This document shows positions 9,731 through 19,545 of a DNA stretch of 64,000 nucleotides, one piece after another; within the stretch, counting starts at the first letter, position 1; the number at the start of each line of letters is the position of its first letter. The notes beneath the pieces were generated by a model. It searched no databases and was not told where the DNA came from. It saw only the letters and a list, made by a program, of their open reading frames with translations. The position numbers and the translations under genes were made by a program. Source of the DNA: Candidatus Helarchaeota archaeon (GTDB lineage: Archaea; Asgardarchaeota; Lokiarchaeia; Helarchaeales; RDOG01); NCBI GenBank assembly GCA_019058315.1, contig JAHPZH010000002.1, positions 1,197,910-1,261,909 on the forward strand, given 5' to 3'.

Positions 9731-9785
9731 AGTGTTGGCAAAAAACTGAAGTCAACACAGACAGACCCCGCAAGGGTCGAACCAA
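9717..9785 (+). promoter_or_regulatory. SECIS element (eukaryote/Lokiarchaeota-type kink-turn core) within a three-way junction
   Basis: GUGAA (9727-9731), stem GUGUUGGC/GUCAACAC, A-rich loop AAAAAACUGAA, then AGAC (9759-9762). Second hairpin GACCC-CGCAA-GGGUC; closing helix UUGGUUC/GAACCAA. Confidence 0.82.
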
Positions 9786-9788
9786 CTC

Positions 9789-9796
9789 TTTTTTTT
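9789..9796 (+). terminator. Oligo-T terminator of the vhuA-vhuU transcript
   Basis: T8 run directly after the SECIS structure, before the convergent amidohydrolase gene. Confidence 0.55.
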
Positions 9797-9837
9797 ATTA
9801 AAAATTATTGTTGAAATTGAATTAAATCGAAATAATT

Positions 9838-10725
9838 TTATGAATTCGTCTTTATTTTAAATAGTTCACAAGCTGTAGTGCCCATTAAAAAAATTCTATC
9901 CTCTTTAGTTATATTATCCCCACTAAAAAATCTAGTTATAGAAGGAAGTTTTATTTTTTTACATAGATTAGTCCATTCTTTAACTCTATTAATTGTGAAA
10001 GGCCAATAAGATCCAAACATTATACGTTTACGATTTCCGATCATAAATTTAATATGTAAAATATTCTGGGCAATTCCCAACTCTGGAATATCCATATTCA
10101 TCGGGGCATAATCTGTATATACGTTTTCATACTTGCGCATTATTGCTATTAATTCATACATAAATGGATAACCGAGTTGAGTGCATAAATTTACTTTCAG
10201 ATCCTGGAATTTATCAAGAACTTTTTCAATAAAATAAGGGTTCGAATTTTGAATTAAACATGGACTTGCAGTGAAACCAGTATGAATAGAGACTGGAATT
10301 TCGTTTTCTTCAGCTATTTTATAAAGAGGAAAGCAAATTTCCTCATCAGGTCGAAAGCCATTTCCTGGATATAATTTTAAGCCACACAGACCTGCATTTA
10401 ATCCTTTTTGAAATATATCAGATGCATTTTTATGACGGGGATCAACACCACATTGCCCTAAAAAAAGATCTGGATATTCGCTTATACATTTTGATACATA
10501 ATCATTATATTTTACTTGAGAAATCGAGGAACCATAAGAAAAATCATTAGTGGATATTATTGCTTTGTCTATTTCTGCTTGTTCCATTTCAACAATGTAT
10601 TCTTTTGGTGTTGCGTTATAAATTGGTTCAATATTATATATTTTACACATATTTTTTATAAAATTACGAGCATTTTGGGAAAGAAACTTTTTCATCCAAA
10701 AATTTATTTGTGCGTCTACAATCAA
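9838..10725 (-). CDS. Amidohydrolase_2 family metal-dependent hydrolase
   Basis: MIVDAQIN, GLKLYP, PLYKIAEENEIPVSIHTG, NVYTD, RIMFGSYWP. Several canonical metal His/Asp residues are substituted. Confidence 0.85.
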   Translation of the reverse strand: MIVDAQINFWMKKFLSQNARNFIKNMCKIYNIEPIYNATPKEYIVEMEQAEIDKAIISTNDFSYGSSISQVKYNDYVSKCISEYPDLFLGQCGVDPRHKNASDIFQKGLNAGLCGLKLYPGNGFRPDEEICFPLYKIAEENEIPVSIHTGFTASPCLIQNSNPYFIEKVLDKFQDLKVNLCTQLGYPFMYELIAIMRKYENVYTDYAPMNMDIPELGIAQNILHIKFMIGNRKRIMFGSYWPFTINRVKEWTNLCKKIKLPSITRFFSGDNITKEDRIFLMGTTACELFKIKTNS

Positions 10726-10820
10726 ATTTTACACCATCTTATTCCAAAATCAAAAAAAATATGATTAATTTATTTTTAAATAAGTAAGTAATTTTTTAAA
10801 CATGCAAATTTACTTTTCAC

Positions 10821-11642
10821 TTGCAGAAACCCAATGAGATGTTTAATTTGTTAAGAGCTTGTGCAATTCAGTTCGAACCTCGGTTAAACGATTTAGTAGG
10901 AAACAGAAAAAAAGTGGAAAATTTATTAAGAAATTCAATTAAAAAAACAAACTCTAAATTATATGTTCTTCCAGAACTTGCTTTTTCGGGTTATAATTTT
11001 CGAAATTTAGACGAGGTTGAGGAGACAAGTGAAATTATAAATAAATCAGAAAGTTGTGCAATGTTAAAAGAGATAGCTAATCAGTTTGATATCTCGATTG
11101 TAACCGGAATAAATGAACGAGAAAAAAATAGGTATTTCAATTCAGCAGTAGCTATAAATAAGAACGGAATTATTATGGTCTATCGTAAACTTCAATTATA
11201 TGCGAAAGAAAAAGAATTTTTTACTCCTGGAAATAAACCATTACAAATTTTTAGTATTGATAATGTTAAAATTGGAATTATGATTTGTTTTGATTGGTTC
11301 TTTCCCGAAATACCCCGCACATTGGCATTAAAAGGTGCACACGTTATATGTCATCCGATGAACGCAGTTATACCTGATGGAGCTTACATTGGAGATAATT
11401 TCCACTCAAAATGGAACAGAGTGTACATAATTTTAGCTAATAGAATTGGCGTAGAGGGAGATCTGACCTTTATCGGAAAAAGCAGGATTTCTGATCCCAC
11501 AGGAAATGTAATCGCGCAAGCAAATTCAGATACTGAAGAAATTATATGTGCTAATATTAATCCTAAATTAGCGGAAAACAAAAAATTAAACAAGTATAAT
11601 CATTTGATTAATGATCGTCGTACCGATTTTTATTTTAAATAA
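10821..11642 (+). CDS. Carbon-nitrogen hydrolase (nitrilase superfamily)
   Basis: VLPELAFSGY, YRKLQL and IMICFDWFFPE supply the Glu-Lys-Cys triad. Confidence 0.93.
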   Translation: MQKPNEMFNLLRACAIQFEPRLNDLVGNRKKVENLLRNSIKKTNSKLYVLPELAFSGYNFRNLDEVEETSEIINKSESCAMLKEIANQFDISIVTGINEREKNRYFNSAVAINKNGIIMVYRKLQLYAKEKEFFTPGNKPLQIFSIDNVKIGIMICFDWFFPEIPRTLALKGAHVICHPMNAVIPDGAYIGDNFHSKWNRVYIILANRIGVEGDLTFIGKSRISDPTGNVIAQANSDTEEIICANINPKLAENKKLNKYNHLINDRRTDFYFK

Positions 11643-11712
11643 TCAGATTTTAAACATAAAACTTATTTATTTAAATAAATAATCAGAGAATATAATTTAT
11701 GGGTGATTTTAT

Positions 11713-12372
11713 CTGAGCCAACTAGACAATAAAGATAAAAAACAGAAGCAATCTACAGATGAGCCAGGAATTATAGAAGAAATTCCTACTAAGACCTTTA
11801 TTATTCTTACAATTAATATGATCTTTTTAATTTTCGGTACTTTGTTGGCTGTATTTAGTTCTTATATCACCCAAACATTTGCAGATGCTTATCAATTTAT
11901 GAATGCATTAAGAAATATCTTTAATGTTATTTCTAGTAATATGCTCTCATATTATGGCACATTGCTTAATGAACTAACTCTGAAATCTTTAATTGATTTT
12001 TATTATGAATTAGCATCAAATCTATACAATATAGCTGTTTTCAACTATTTATATACTTATTTTTTATTAGTTGGTAACCCATCTTTTTTAACTACAATAT
12101 TTAACCTCCCTCCGAATGCCGCTATACCTGATGTAATTCTTGGTTTCAGTTTGACATTTTATTGTTCACTAAATTTAATTCAGACCATATTTAAAATATT
12201 TCCAAAAATTTCCAAACCATTTGTTCTTCAGATTCTATTTATAATAAATTCTATTTGTTTTGGAGTAATAATTGTTGGGATTATATTTTTGAATATTGTT
12301 ATAATAGCAATACCCGCTCTAATTATAATATTAACTTTTGCTTATGTTGCTCTGTGGTTACCAATTAAATAA
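11713..12372 (+). CDS. Uncharacterised membrane protein (probable CTG start at 11713; first ATG 11818)
   Basis: Multiple TM segments. The frame is open from a CTG just downstream of a GGGTGA RBS and encodes a hydrophilic N-tail before TM1. Confidence 0.65.
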   Translation: MSQLDNKDKKQKQSTDEPGIIEEIPTKTFIILTINMIFLIFGTLLAVFSSYITQTFADAYQFMNALRNIFNVISSNMLSYYGTLLNELTLKSLIDFYYELASNLYNIAVFNYLYTYFLLVGNPSFLTTIFNLPPNAAIPDVILGFSLTFYCSLNLIQTIFKIFPKISKPFVLQILFIINSICFGVIIVGIIFLNIVIIAIPALIIILTFAYVALWLPIK

Positions 12373-12415
12373 AATACATTCTATTTTTTAAGAATTTATC
12401 AGTTCCTTTTAAATT

Positions 12416-12946
12416 TCATTCATATAATAGTTCTGTAAAAACTTCTGTTAATTTATTTATAGCTATCTTAACTATATCAGAAATTCCTTTTTCATTAAAG
12501 ATATGTTCTGCTTGAATCCCAATTATAACTATTTCTAATTCTAGTAGAGAAGCATAAAGAAAATCCAGAAGAAGATTTTTTGACATAGAATGGGAAGAAA
12601 TTGAATACAAATGCATTTCTTCTTTTAGGATAAATTCAATAGTTCCTGGAGCTTTTTTAAGATCTGCAGCATCAAGTAAAATTAAATGCGTTGGGCTCCA
12701 TTCAAATATTTCATTGATGAATGTATGAGGCGCAGTTTCCCCCTCAACTAAAAAAACATCAAATTTTGATTTAAGATTTTTCGATATTTTCTTCAAATTC
12801 CGAACAACTTGTAATCCTGCGATATCATCATAGCGAAACTCGTTTCCTACCCCTACTATCGCGATACGTGAATTTGAATTGAATTTTTTATTTAATTCAT
12901 TTTGAATTATTTCACAATTTTCATCGATATGTCTATATTTCTCCAT
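12416..12946 (-). CDS. hycI: Hydrogenase maturation protease
   Basis: IVGVGNEFRYDDIAG, GETAP, LILLDAAD, SSHSM, IGIQ. Confidence 0.9.
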   Translation of the reverse strand: MEKYRHIDENCEIIQNELNKKFNSNSRIAIVGVGNEFRYDDIAGLQVVRNLKKISKNLKSKFDVFLVEGETAPHTFINEIFEWSPTHLILLDAADLKKAPGTIEFILKEEMHLYSISSHSMSKNLLLDFLYASLLELEIVIIGIQAEHIFNEKGISDIVKIAINKLTEVFTELLYE

Positions 12947-13055
12947 TTTGTAGTTCTCCAGTTCTGAGAAACAATGGTTTTAATAATTTTATTTTATTTA
13001 CTATTTGACAAATATTCTTTATGTTTTATTGATTAATTGAGATTCTGGTGATTTC

Positions 13056-14138
13056 TTGAACTTTAGAGACCCTCAAACTGCTAAAAAAATATCTGGTCAT
13101 ATAAAAAAAATTGCTCCAAATGATTACGAAATTAAATTTATGCATGTTTGTGGGACTCATGAACAAGTTGTTAGTCAGTATGGGTTGCGTTCTTTATTAC
13201 CCGAAAATGTGGAAATTATTGCAGGACCCGGTTGCCCAGTATGTGTTGTTCCTTCTCAAGAAATCGATGAAGCTATCTATTTAGCAAGAGAAGGTAAAAT
13301 ATTAACAACCTTCGGAGATATGAGTCGAGTACCTGGTACTGATTTATCATTACATGATTGTAGAAGTGAAGGCCACGATATTAGAATTGTTTATAGTCCT
13401 GAAGATGCAACTCAACTAGCTCGAGAAAATCCGGACAAGGAAATTGTATTTTTTGCTATAGGATTTGAAACAACCGCTGCTATCGTTGCAGCAGAAATAT
13501 TACGAAATCCCCCGAAAAACTTTTCTATAATTTGTGCACATAAAACCATTCCCGCAGCAATGCATTTGTTAATAGGATCGGGCGAGCTTCAGATTGATGG
13601 ATTCATACTACCCGGTCATGTTTCAACAATCATCGGTGCTATTCCCTTCGAAATTTTTCCTAGGGCTTTCAGAATGCCAGTTGTAATAGCAGGGTTTGAA
13701 CCAGTTGATGTTCTTATGTCAATAGCTTTGTTATTAGAACAAATTCGTGATAAAACGCCTAAAGTAGATAATGAATATTCAAGAGTTGTAAATTATGAGG
13801 GAAATATAAAAGCTCAAAAGATGATTAATGAAGTTTTTGAAATAGCAACTGTAAATTGGCGAGGTATTGGTCGAGTAGCTGAAGGTGGCTATATTTTACG
13901 AAATAAATTTGAAAAATATGATGCTAGAAAGAAATTTAATGTAAAAATTGAGAAATCAAGAGATATCCATCCTGGTTGTTCATGCCATCTAATAATGGTA
14001 GGTAAACTTACCCCAGATAAGTGTAAATTATTTGGAAATGAATGCACACCTAATCATCCTTACGGACCTTGTATGGTTAGTCATGAAGGTACGTGTAATA
14101 TATGGTTAAAATTCGGCGGTAAATTAAGATTTACTTAA
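13056..14138 (+). CDS. hypD: Hydrogenase maturation protein HypD
   Basis: MHVCGTHE, GPGCPVC, GFETT, PGHVST, C-terminal 4Fe-4S Cys cluster GPCMVSHEGTC. Confidence 0.97.
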   Translation: MNFRDPQTAKKISGHIKKIAPNDYEIKFMHVCGTHEQVVSQYGLRSLLPENVEIIAGPGCPVCVVPSQEIDEAIYLAREGKILTTFGDMSRVPGTDLSLHDCRSEGHDIRIVYSPEDATQLARENPDKEIVFFAIGFETTAAIVAAEILRNPPKNFSIICAHKTIPAAMHLLIGSGELQIDGFILPGHVSTIIGAIPFEIFPRAFRMPVVIAGFEPVDVLMSIALLLEQIRDKTPKVDNEYSRVVNYEGNIKAQKMINEVFEIATVNWRGIGRVAEGGYILRNKFEKYDARKKFNVKIEKSRDIHPGCSCHLIMVGKLTPDKCKLFGNECTPNHPYGPCMVSHEGTCNIWLKFGGKLRFT

Positions 14139-14320
14139 TTCTAATTAAGTTATCAAATATTTGACCAAAACTTAATATATAATCGAATAAAAAAAAGAAA
14201 TAGATTGAAATAATTATTTCAAAGTAAGTTCACAAAATTTTATTAAATCCACAAATTGTCATTTAATAAGAATAAATAAAAAATTATTTTTTAGATTAGA
14301 GAATTTTACTAGGGTTATCC

Positions 14321-14938
14321 ATGTTCAAAGCAAAAACTCAAGATGAAACTGAGTTAATTACTGAAATTACTAAAGAAGTATCACAAATATTTCTTGATAC
14401 TATTAATATTAGACAAATTCTAATTTTTCATAGAATAACAGGTACAACCCTTGTATCTAAAAGTTTTGTAGAAGCTGAAACTGACCCTGATCTAATAAGT
14501 GGATTTATAACTGCAATTTCGGCATTTGAGAAAGAATTGGTAGGAATTGCAGGAGGTTTAGAGGAATTAAAATATAAATTTATTAGATTTTTGTTAGATA
14601 TCCGGGAGTTATCTACTGCTTGCATTCTAGTATCTGGGGATTATAACCCCTCCATAAAATTAAGAAAAAATTTTAGTGAATTTCATGAAAGATTTGAGTT
14701 GGAATTTCGATCAGATTTAGAAAATTTCGATGGGTATGTAAAACCTTATAGAAATATTGCTCATCTTTTAGAAGATCATTTTGAAATCTCCTTATTTAGT
14801 CCACATAGACTACTTTCAAAAAAATATCATTCTAATTTGATTAAAATCATTCCTATACCCAAAGAACAGATAAATGAAATACGTAAATTACCAAATAATC
14901 AAATAGAAAAAGAAATTGACAATATAATAAAAAAATAG
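14321..14938 (+). CDS. Longin-domain protein (Asgard eukaryotic signature protein type)
   Basis: ILIFHRITGTTLVSKSF...DPDLISGFITAISAFEKEL...FHERFELEFRSDLENFDG longin pattern. Confidence 0.8.
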   Translation: MFKAKTQDETELITEITKEVSQIFLDTINIRQILIFHRITGTTLVSKSFVEAETDPDLISGFITAISAFEKELVGIAGGLEELKYKFIRFLLDIRELSTACILVSGDYNPSIKLRKNFSEFHERFELEFRSDLENFDGYVKPYRNIAHLLEDHFEISLFSPHRLLSKKYHSNLIKIIPIPKEQINEIRKLPNNQIEKEIDNIIKK

Positions 14939-14964
14939 CAAATCAATAAACAGAGAATATTAAT

Positions 14965-16086
14965 ATGGATGAAACTGACGTTAAACCGGAAGAAAATAAC
15001 GTAGTTGATATTTTAAATACTGCATATGAATCAATGAATCAAAAACAATTTAATAAAGCACTCACATTTTTCAATTTAGCCATTAAAAAATTAGAAGGTT
15101 TTTCAAAACAAAGCTCTTATTATGCTGAAAGACTGAATGAAGTAAATTTGATGGCGAAGAATTGTAAGACTGAAATTCGAAATGATTTGCTTGAAAAAGT
15201 AAAGATTTTAGTTGAAAAAAACAAAGTTCCTCTTATTCTTGAACATTATGAAATGATCATATTACTCACAAAAGAAATTGGTGATATTGAAAATTTAGAA
15301 AAATTTGAAAAAATTTATAATTCATATAAGCAAACATTCCAGGAAAAAGAAACCACTGAAATTAAAGAAATGATGGAAATCGCAAGTAATCTTAAAAATA
15401 AGGGTAAATTCGAAAAATCTCTAGAAATTTATAGAGATACTTTAGCAAAAGCTAAAATGATTGAGAATACAGATCTAGTTAAGTCATTAGAAAACCAATT
15501 AACTTTAATCCCTATTATCAAGCAAAGGGAAAGAAGAAAACTGACTTTGGAACAGGCAACAAAAGCTCTTGAAGAAGGAAGATACCGTGTTGCCATTAGT
15601 CATTACAAATTAGCTTCCAAGTATAGTGCTGAATTGGGGGAACATGATAAAGAAAAAGAATTTTTAGCAGAAGCGAAGAAAGTTGAAAAACTTAAGGGTA
15701 AATTAGAAAAACAAAGAAAAAAGGAAGATAGTAAAATAGAAGAAATTAATATAAAGGCAGACGTTTGTATAGACGAAGGTAATTATATTGAAGCAATTAA
15801 ACTATATCAAGAAGTAAGGGCTATCAGAGATTCAGTCGGAGAATTTGACGAACAATTAAATTCCATTATTAATACGATAAAGCTAAATTTTATAGAATAT
15901 TTCCTTGTAAAAAAAATTCCTGAACAAATCAGGGATATTTTAAAACTAGTGAATGAAATGATTGATGAGAATGGAAATTTTTCTCTAACTACATTATATA
16001 ATCGAGCTTCAAAGACTTTATTGATTCCTAAGGATGAAATAGCGTTAACAATATATATTCTACATAAATTACTAGTCTTTATATAA
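14965..16086 (+). CDS. TPR-like helical repeat protein with C-terminal winged-helix-like domain
   Basis: Repeated A..a...g.y..A...Y..A helix pairs; C-terminal NGNFSLTTLYNRASKTLLIPKDEIALTIYILHKLLVF. Confidence 0.7.
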   Translation: MDETDVKPEENNVVDILNTAYESMNQKQFNKALTFFNLAIKKLEGFSKQSSYYAERLNEVNLMAKNCKTEIRNDLLEKVKILVEKNKVPLILEHYEMIILLTKEIGDIENLEKFEKIYNSYKQTFQEKETTEIKEMMEIASNLKNKGKFEKSLEIYRDTLAKAKMIENTDLVKSLENQLTLIPIIKQRERRKLTLEQATKALEEGRYRVAISHYKLASKYSAELGEHDKEKEFLAEAKKVEKLKGKLEKQRKKEDSKIEEINIKADVCIDEGNYIEAIKLYQEVRAIRDSVGEFDEQLNSIINTIKLNFIEYFLVKKIPEQIRDILKLVNEMIDENGNFSLTTLYNRASKTLLIPKDEIALTIYILHKLLVFI

Positions 16087-16142
16087 AAATTTATGAAATT
16101 AAGAAAAAACTGAATAACTTTTCAGCAAGTTTGGATTTTTGA

Positions 16143-18461
16143 ATGAAATGCACAATTCATGTTAGCGGAATTGTCCAAGGTGTGGGGTTTAGACCTTTTA
16201 TTTATCGTCATGCTACTTTATTAAACCTATTAGGTTATGTATTAAATCTGGGAAATAGGGGAGTAAAGATTGAAGTTGAGGGGTCTAAAGAAAAAATAGA
16301 ACAATTTATAAAAGAAATAAAAGAAAATCATCCTCCAATAAGTAGAATCGATGATATAGAAATTCAATGGATAAAAGAAGAATCGGGATATAAAGAATTT
16401 AAAATACTAAAAAGTTTAAAATCATCTGGAGATTCGATTGTTTTACCACCAGATATTTCAATCTGTGATGATTGTTTAAATGACTTTAAAAATGAAAAAA
16501 ATTCTCGTTATTATCGATATCCTTTCATTGCATGTTCTATTTGTGGTCCAAGATATACAACAGTGACTGATTTACCATATGATCGACCATTTACTACAAT
16601 GATTGAATTTCCCTTCTGTAAAGATTGTAATATTGAGTATACCGACCCTAAATATCGGCGATACCACGCACAAACCTTTGCTTGCAATGTTTGTGGGCCT
16701 CATTTTAAACTTTACGATAAAAGTGGAACTATTATAGATGAAAAAGACCCATTTAAGAGAGTTGTAAATTTATTAAAAGAAAATTGTATTGTTGCACTAA
16801 TGGGAATTGGAGGAGTTCATTTAGTATCAAGAGCCATAGACGAAACTATATCAGAATTAAGGAGGAGAAAGAGAAAAAGAAAATATAAACCATTTGCTGT
16901 AATGTCCCCATCAATAGAAACCATTAAGACATTTGCATTAGTATCCCCCAAAGAAGAAGAATTATTAACCTCCTTTAGGAGACCAATCATTTTATTAGAA
17001 AAAAGCCCTAATTATTATTTATCACAAGAAATTTCCCCAGGTTTGACTAATATTGGGGTTTTTTTACCTTATTCTGGTATGCACTATCTTTTATTCGAAA
17101 ATAATGATTTCCCAGCTCTTATAATGACTAGTGGAAATATTTCTAATTTGCCGATGGCGACTGACCGTTTTAATGTATTGGAAGAATTGAAAGATATTGC
17201 TGATTATTTTTTATTGCATAATCGTAAGATTCATCAAAGAAGTGATGATTCAGTACTATTTGTACTAAATAATAAGGCAACGATTATTCGAAGATCCCGT
17301 GGTTTTGTACCCGAGCACATCGAACTTCCATTCTCTGCAGATGATATTAATCTCGTTGCTGTAGGACCAGAACTACATTCTACTGCATCGGTCTTAAAGA
17401 AGAACCGAATATATCCTTCACAACATATTGGAGATGTTAATAGTCTTGAAATTCTAGATTTTCTAGATGAATCAATCATACACTTAACTAATTTATTAAA
17501 AATGCAAAATATAGATGCATTTGTTTGTGATTATAACCCAGTCTTTCTATCCACTAAATTAGCACAAAAAAAAGCTAAAGAATATAGCGCCAGACTAATT
17601 CAAGTGCAACATCATCATGCTCACGCTGCTGCAATAATGGCGGAATATAAAATTAAACCTGACAATCAAATAATCGGAATGATTCTTGATGGAGTAGGGT
17701 ATGGAAAAGATGGAAAGGCATGGGGTGGCGAAATCTTTTTATCTAATTATGAAAATTTTGAGAGAATGGCTTATCTCGAATATCATCCAATGCCAGCCGG
17801 AGATCGATGTGTATATTATCCAGTTCGTATGTTATCTTCCATTTTATCTGAAAAATTAAGCACAGTAGAGATAAAAAATATAATTGAGAAAGAATATCTA
17901 GAAGGGCTACCCCATGGTAAAAATGAACTTGAGCTTTTATTGAAACAGATTAAATCAAAAACAAATCTAGCTTATACTTCAGGAACTGGCAGGATCCTTG
18001 ATGCTCTTGCCGCGTTATTAAAAATTTGTTTTGAACGAACTTATGAGGGCGAACCAGCTATAAGATTAGAACATTTTGCTAAATCAGGCAATCCAAAAGC
18101 GATTAAATTCAAAATCCCACTAAAAAATAATAAAGAAACAATTATTGAAACTTCAGATTTGATTTTACAAGCATTGGAGCATTATAAAAATGGGATTAAG
18201 CCTCAAGATATTGCCGCCTCTGCTCAATACTGCCTATCAAGCAAAATTGCTGAAATTGCAGTTAATTTGGCCAAAAAAGAACATATTAAACATGTTGGAT
18301 TAAGTGGAGGAGTAGCTTATAACAAAGCAATGACTGTTAATTTCAAAAAACGTATAGAGGAGCAAAATCTAGCTTTCTTACAACATGAGTTAATCCCGCC
18401 TGGGGATCCGGGGGTTAGTATCGGTCAAGCTATTATTGGAGCTCGCCTTTTAAAGATATAA
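16143..18461 (+). CDS. hypF: Carbamoyltransferase HypF
   Basis: GIVQGVGFRPF acylphosphatase domain, CxxC zinc fingers, QHHHAH, DGVGYG, PPGDPGVSIGQ. Confidence 0.97.
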   Translation: MKCTIHVSGIVQGVGFRPFIYRHATLLNLLGYVLNLGNRGVKIEVEGSKEKIEQFIKEIKENHPPISRIDDIEIQWIKEESGYKEFKILKSLKSSGDSIVLPPDISICDDCLNDFKNEKNSRYYRYPFIACSICGPRYTTVTDLPYDRPFTTMIEFPFCKDCNIEYTDPKYRRYHAQTFACNVCGPHFKLYDKSGTIIDEKDPFKRVVNLLKENCIVALMGIGGVHLVSRAIDETISELRRRKRKRKYKPFAVMSPSIETIKTFALVSPKEEELLTSFRRPIILLEKSPNYYLSQEISPGLTNIGVFLPYSGMHYLLFENNDFPALIMTSGNISNLPMATDRFNVLEELKDIADYFLLHNRKIHQRSDDSVLFVLNNKATIIRRSRGFVPEHIELPFSADDINLVAVGPELHSTASVLKKNRIYPSQHIGDVNSLEILDFLDESIIHLTNLLKMQNIDAFVCDYNPVFLSTKLAQKKAKEYSARLIQVQHHHAHAAAIMAEYKIKPDNQIIGMILDGVGYGKDGKAWGGEIFLSNYENFERMAYLEYHPMPAGDRCVYYPVRMLSSILSEKLSTVEIKNIIEKEYLEGLPHGKNELELLLKQIKSKTNLAYTSGTGRILDALAALLKICFERTYEGEPAIRLEHFAKSGNPKAIKFKIPLKNNKETIIETSDLILQALEHYKNGIKPQDIAASAQYCLSSKIAEIAVNLAKKEHIKHVGLSGGVAYNKAMTVNFKKRIEEQNLAFLQHELIPPGDPGVSIGQAIIGARLLKI

Positions 18462-18462
18462 T

Positions 18463-19500
18463 TCAACATACTCGAGGTATTGGTTCACCATATGGAACAT
18501 CTATAATTCGATGTCCACCAACTTCAGTTTTTAAAATCACATTTCCTGGTCGTTCTGCTTTTACTTCACCTATTATCGCCGCATTTTTTCCATATTTTGT
18601 GTTTTTAATTGCATTAAGTACTTTCTGTGCGTCTTCCGATGCGACTCCAATAAGGGCCTTTCCTTCACTTGTAATCTCGAAAGGATCCATTCCAAACATT
18701 TCACAAGCTGCGATAACTTCCTTTCTTATCGGTATTTTTTCCTCTTCTAGCCAAATACTCACTCTAGATTTCTTCGCAAATTCATTCATTGCTGCAGCAA
18801 CACCTCCTCTGGTAGGATCTTTCATAGCTGTGATTTTTCCTGCATTTATGGCTGCAGTGATGGTTTCTACTAAGGGTGCAGTATCTGATTTTAATGGAGT
18901 TTCAAATTTCATCCCTTCTCGTTTTGCTAGAATTGCGATACCATGATCGCCAATCGTTCCAGTTACGATTATTTTATTGCCTGGGCGGAGTCCTGAATCT
19001 AAAATTAATTTGTTTTTTTCAATAATACCCAGACCTGTAGTCGAGATTAATATTTGATCCAAATTTCCATGAGGAACTACCTTAACATCTCCAGCTATAA
19101 TCTTAACATTAGCCTCTTTTGCAGTTTCATTCATGGATTCTAAAACTTTTTTTAATTTTGATACTTCAAACCCTTCTTCCATTACTATTGTATCCGTTAT
19201 GGCTAAAGGACGTCCACCCATTACCAATACATCATTAACTGTACCCGAAATTGACAAACGACCTATATCACCACCTGGGTAGAATATTGGAGAAACTGCA
19301 TGAGCATCTGTAGTTAAGATTATTTCATAATCCTTCATTGGAATGGTTCCAGCATCATCTAATTCTTTAAGACCAATTCCATCTGGAACGTTTTTCTCTG
19401 TTATAATACCTGTAATGAATTCTATTAACTCTCCCATCACGGATCCTCCTGCACCGTGAGAAAGAGTAATTCTTTTATCCAATGGCATAGTAAAATTCAC
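18463..19500 (-). CDS. hypE: Carbamoyl dehydratase HypE
   Basis: HGAGG, GTVND, DPTRGG, C-terminal PRVC. Confidence 0.97.
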   Translation of the reverse strand: MNFTMPLDKRITLSHGAGGSVMGELIEFITGIITEKNVPDGIGLKELDDAGTIPMKDYEIILTTDAHAVSPIFYPGGDIGRLSISGTVNDVLVMGGRPLAITDTIVMEEGFEVSKLKKVLESMNETAKEANVKIIAGDVKVVPHGNLDQILISTTGLGIIEKNKLILDSGLRPGNKIIVTGTIGDHGIAILAKREGMKFETPLKSDTAPLVETITAAINAGKITAMKDPTRGGVAAAMNEFAKKSRVSIWLEEEKIPIRKEVIAACEMFGMDPFEITSEGKALIGVASEDAQKVLNAIKNTKYGKNAAIIGEVKAERPGNVILKTEVGGHRIIDVPYGEPIPRVC

Positions 19501-19545
19501 CTATTAATCTTCAAACCTCTAATCAATACATAAGTCAAATATTAT

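Noticed and set aside
9728-9814. Read-through of the second TGA as Sec (the frame stays open for about 27 more codons)
   Set aside because: The extension would translate the SECIS and the T-run terminator, has no motif and lies beyond the cleaved tail.
14920-14970. Frameshift at the A7 run fusing the longin and TPR ORFs
   Set aside because: The TPR frame has TAA at 14947-14949 and the third frame also closes, so a single slip cannot join them.
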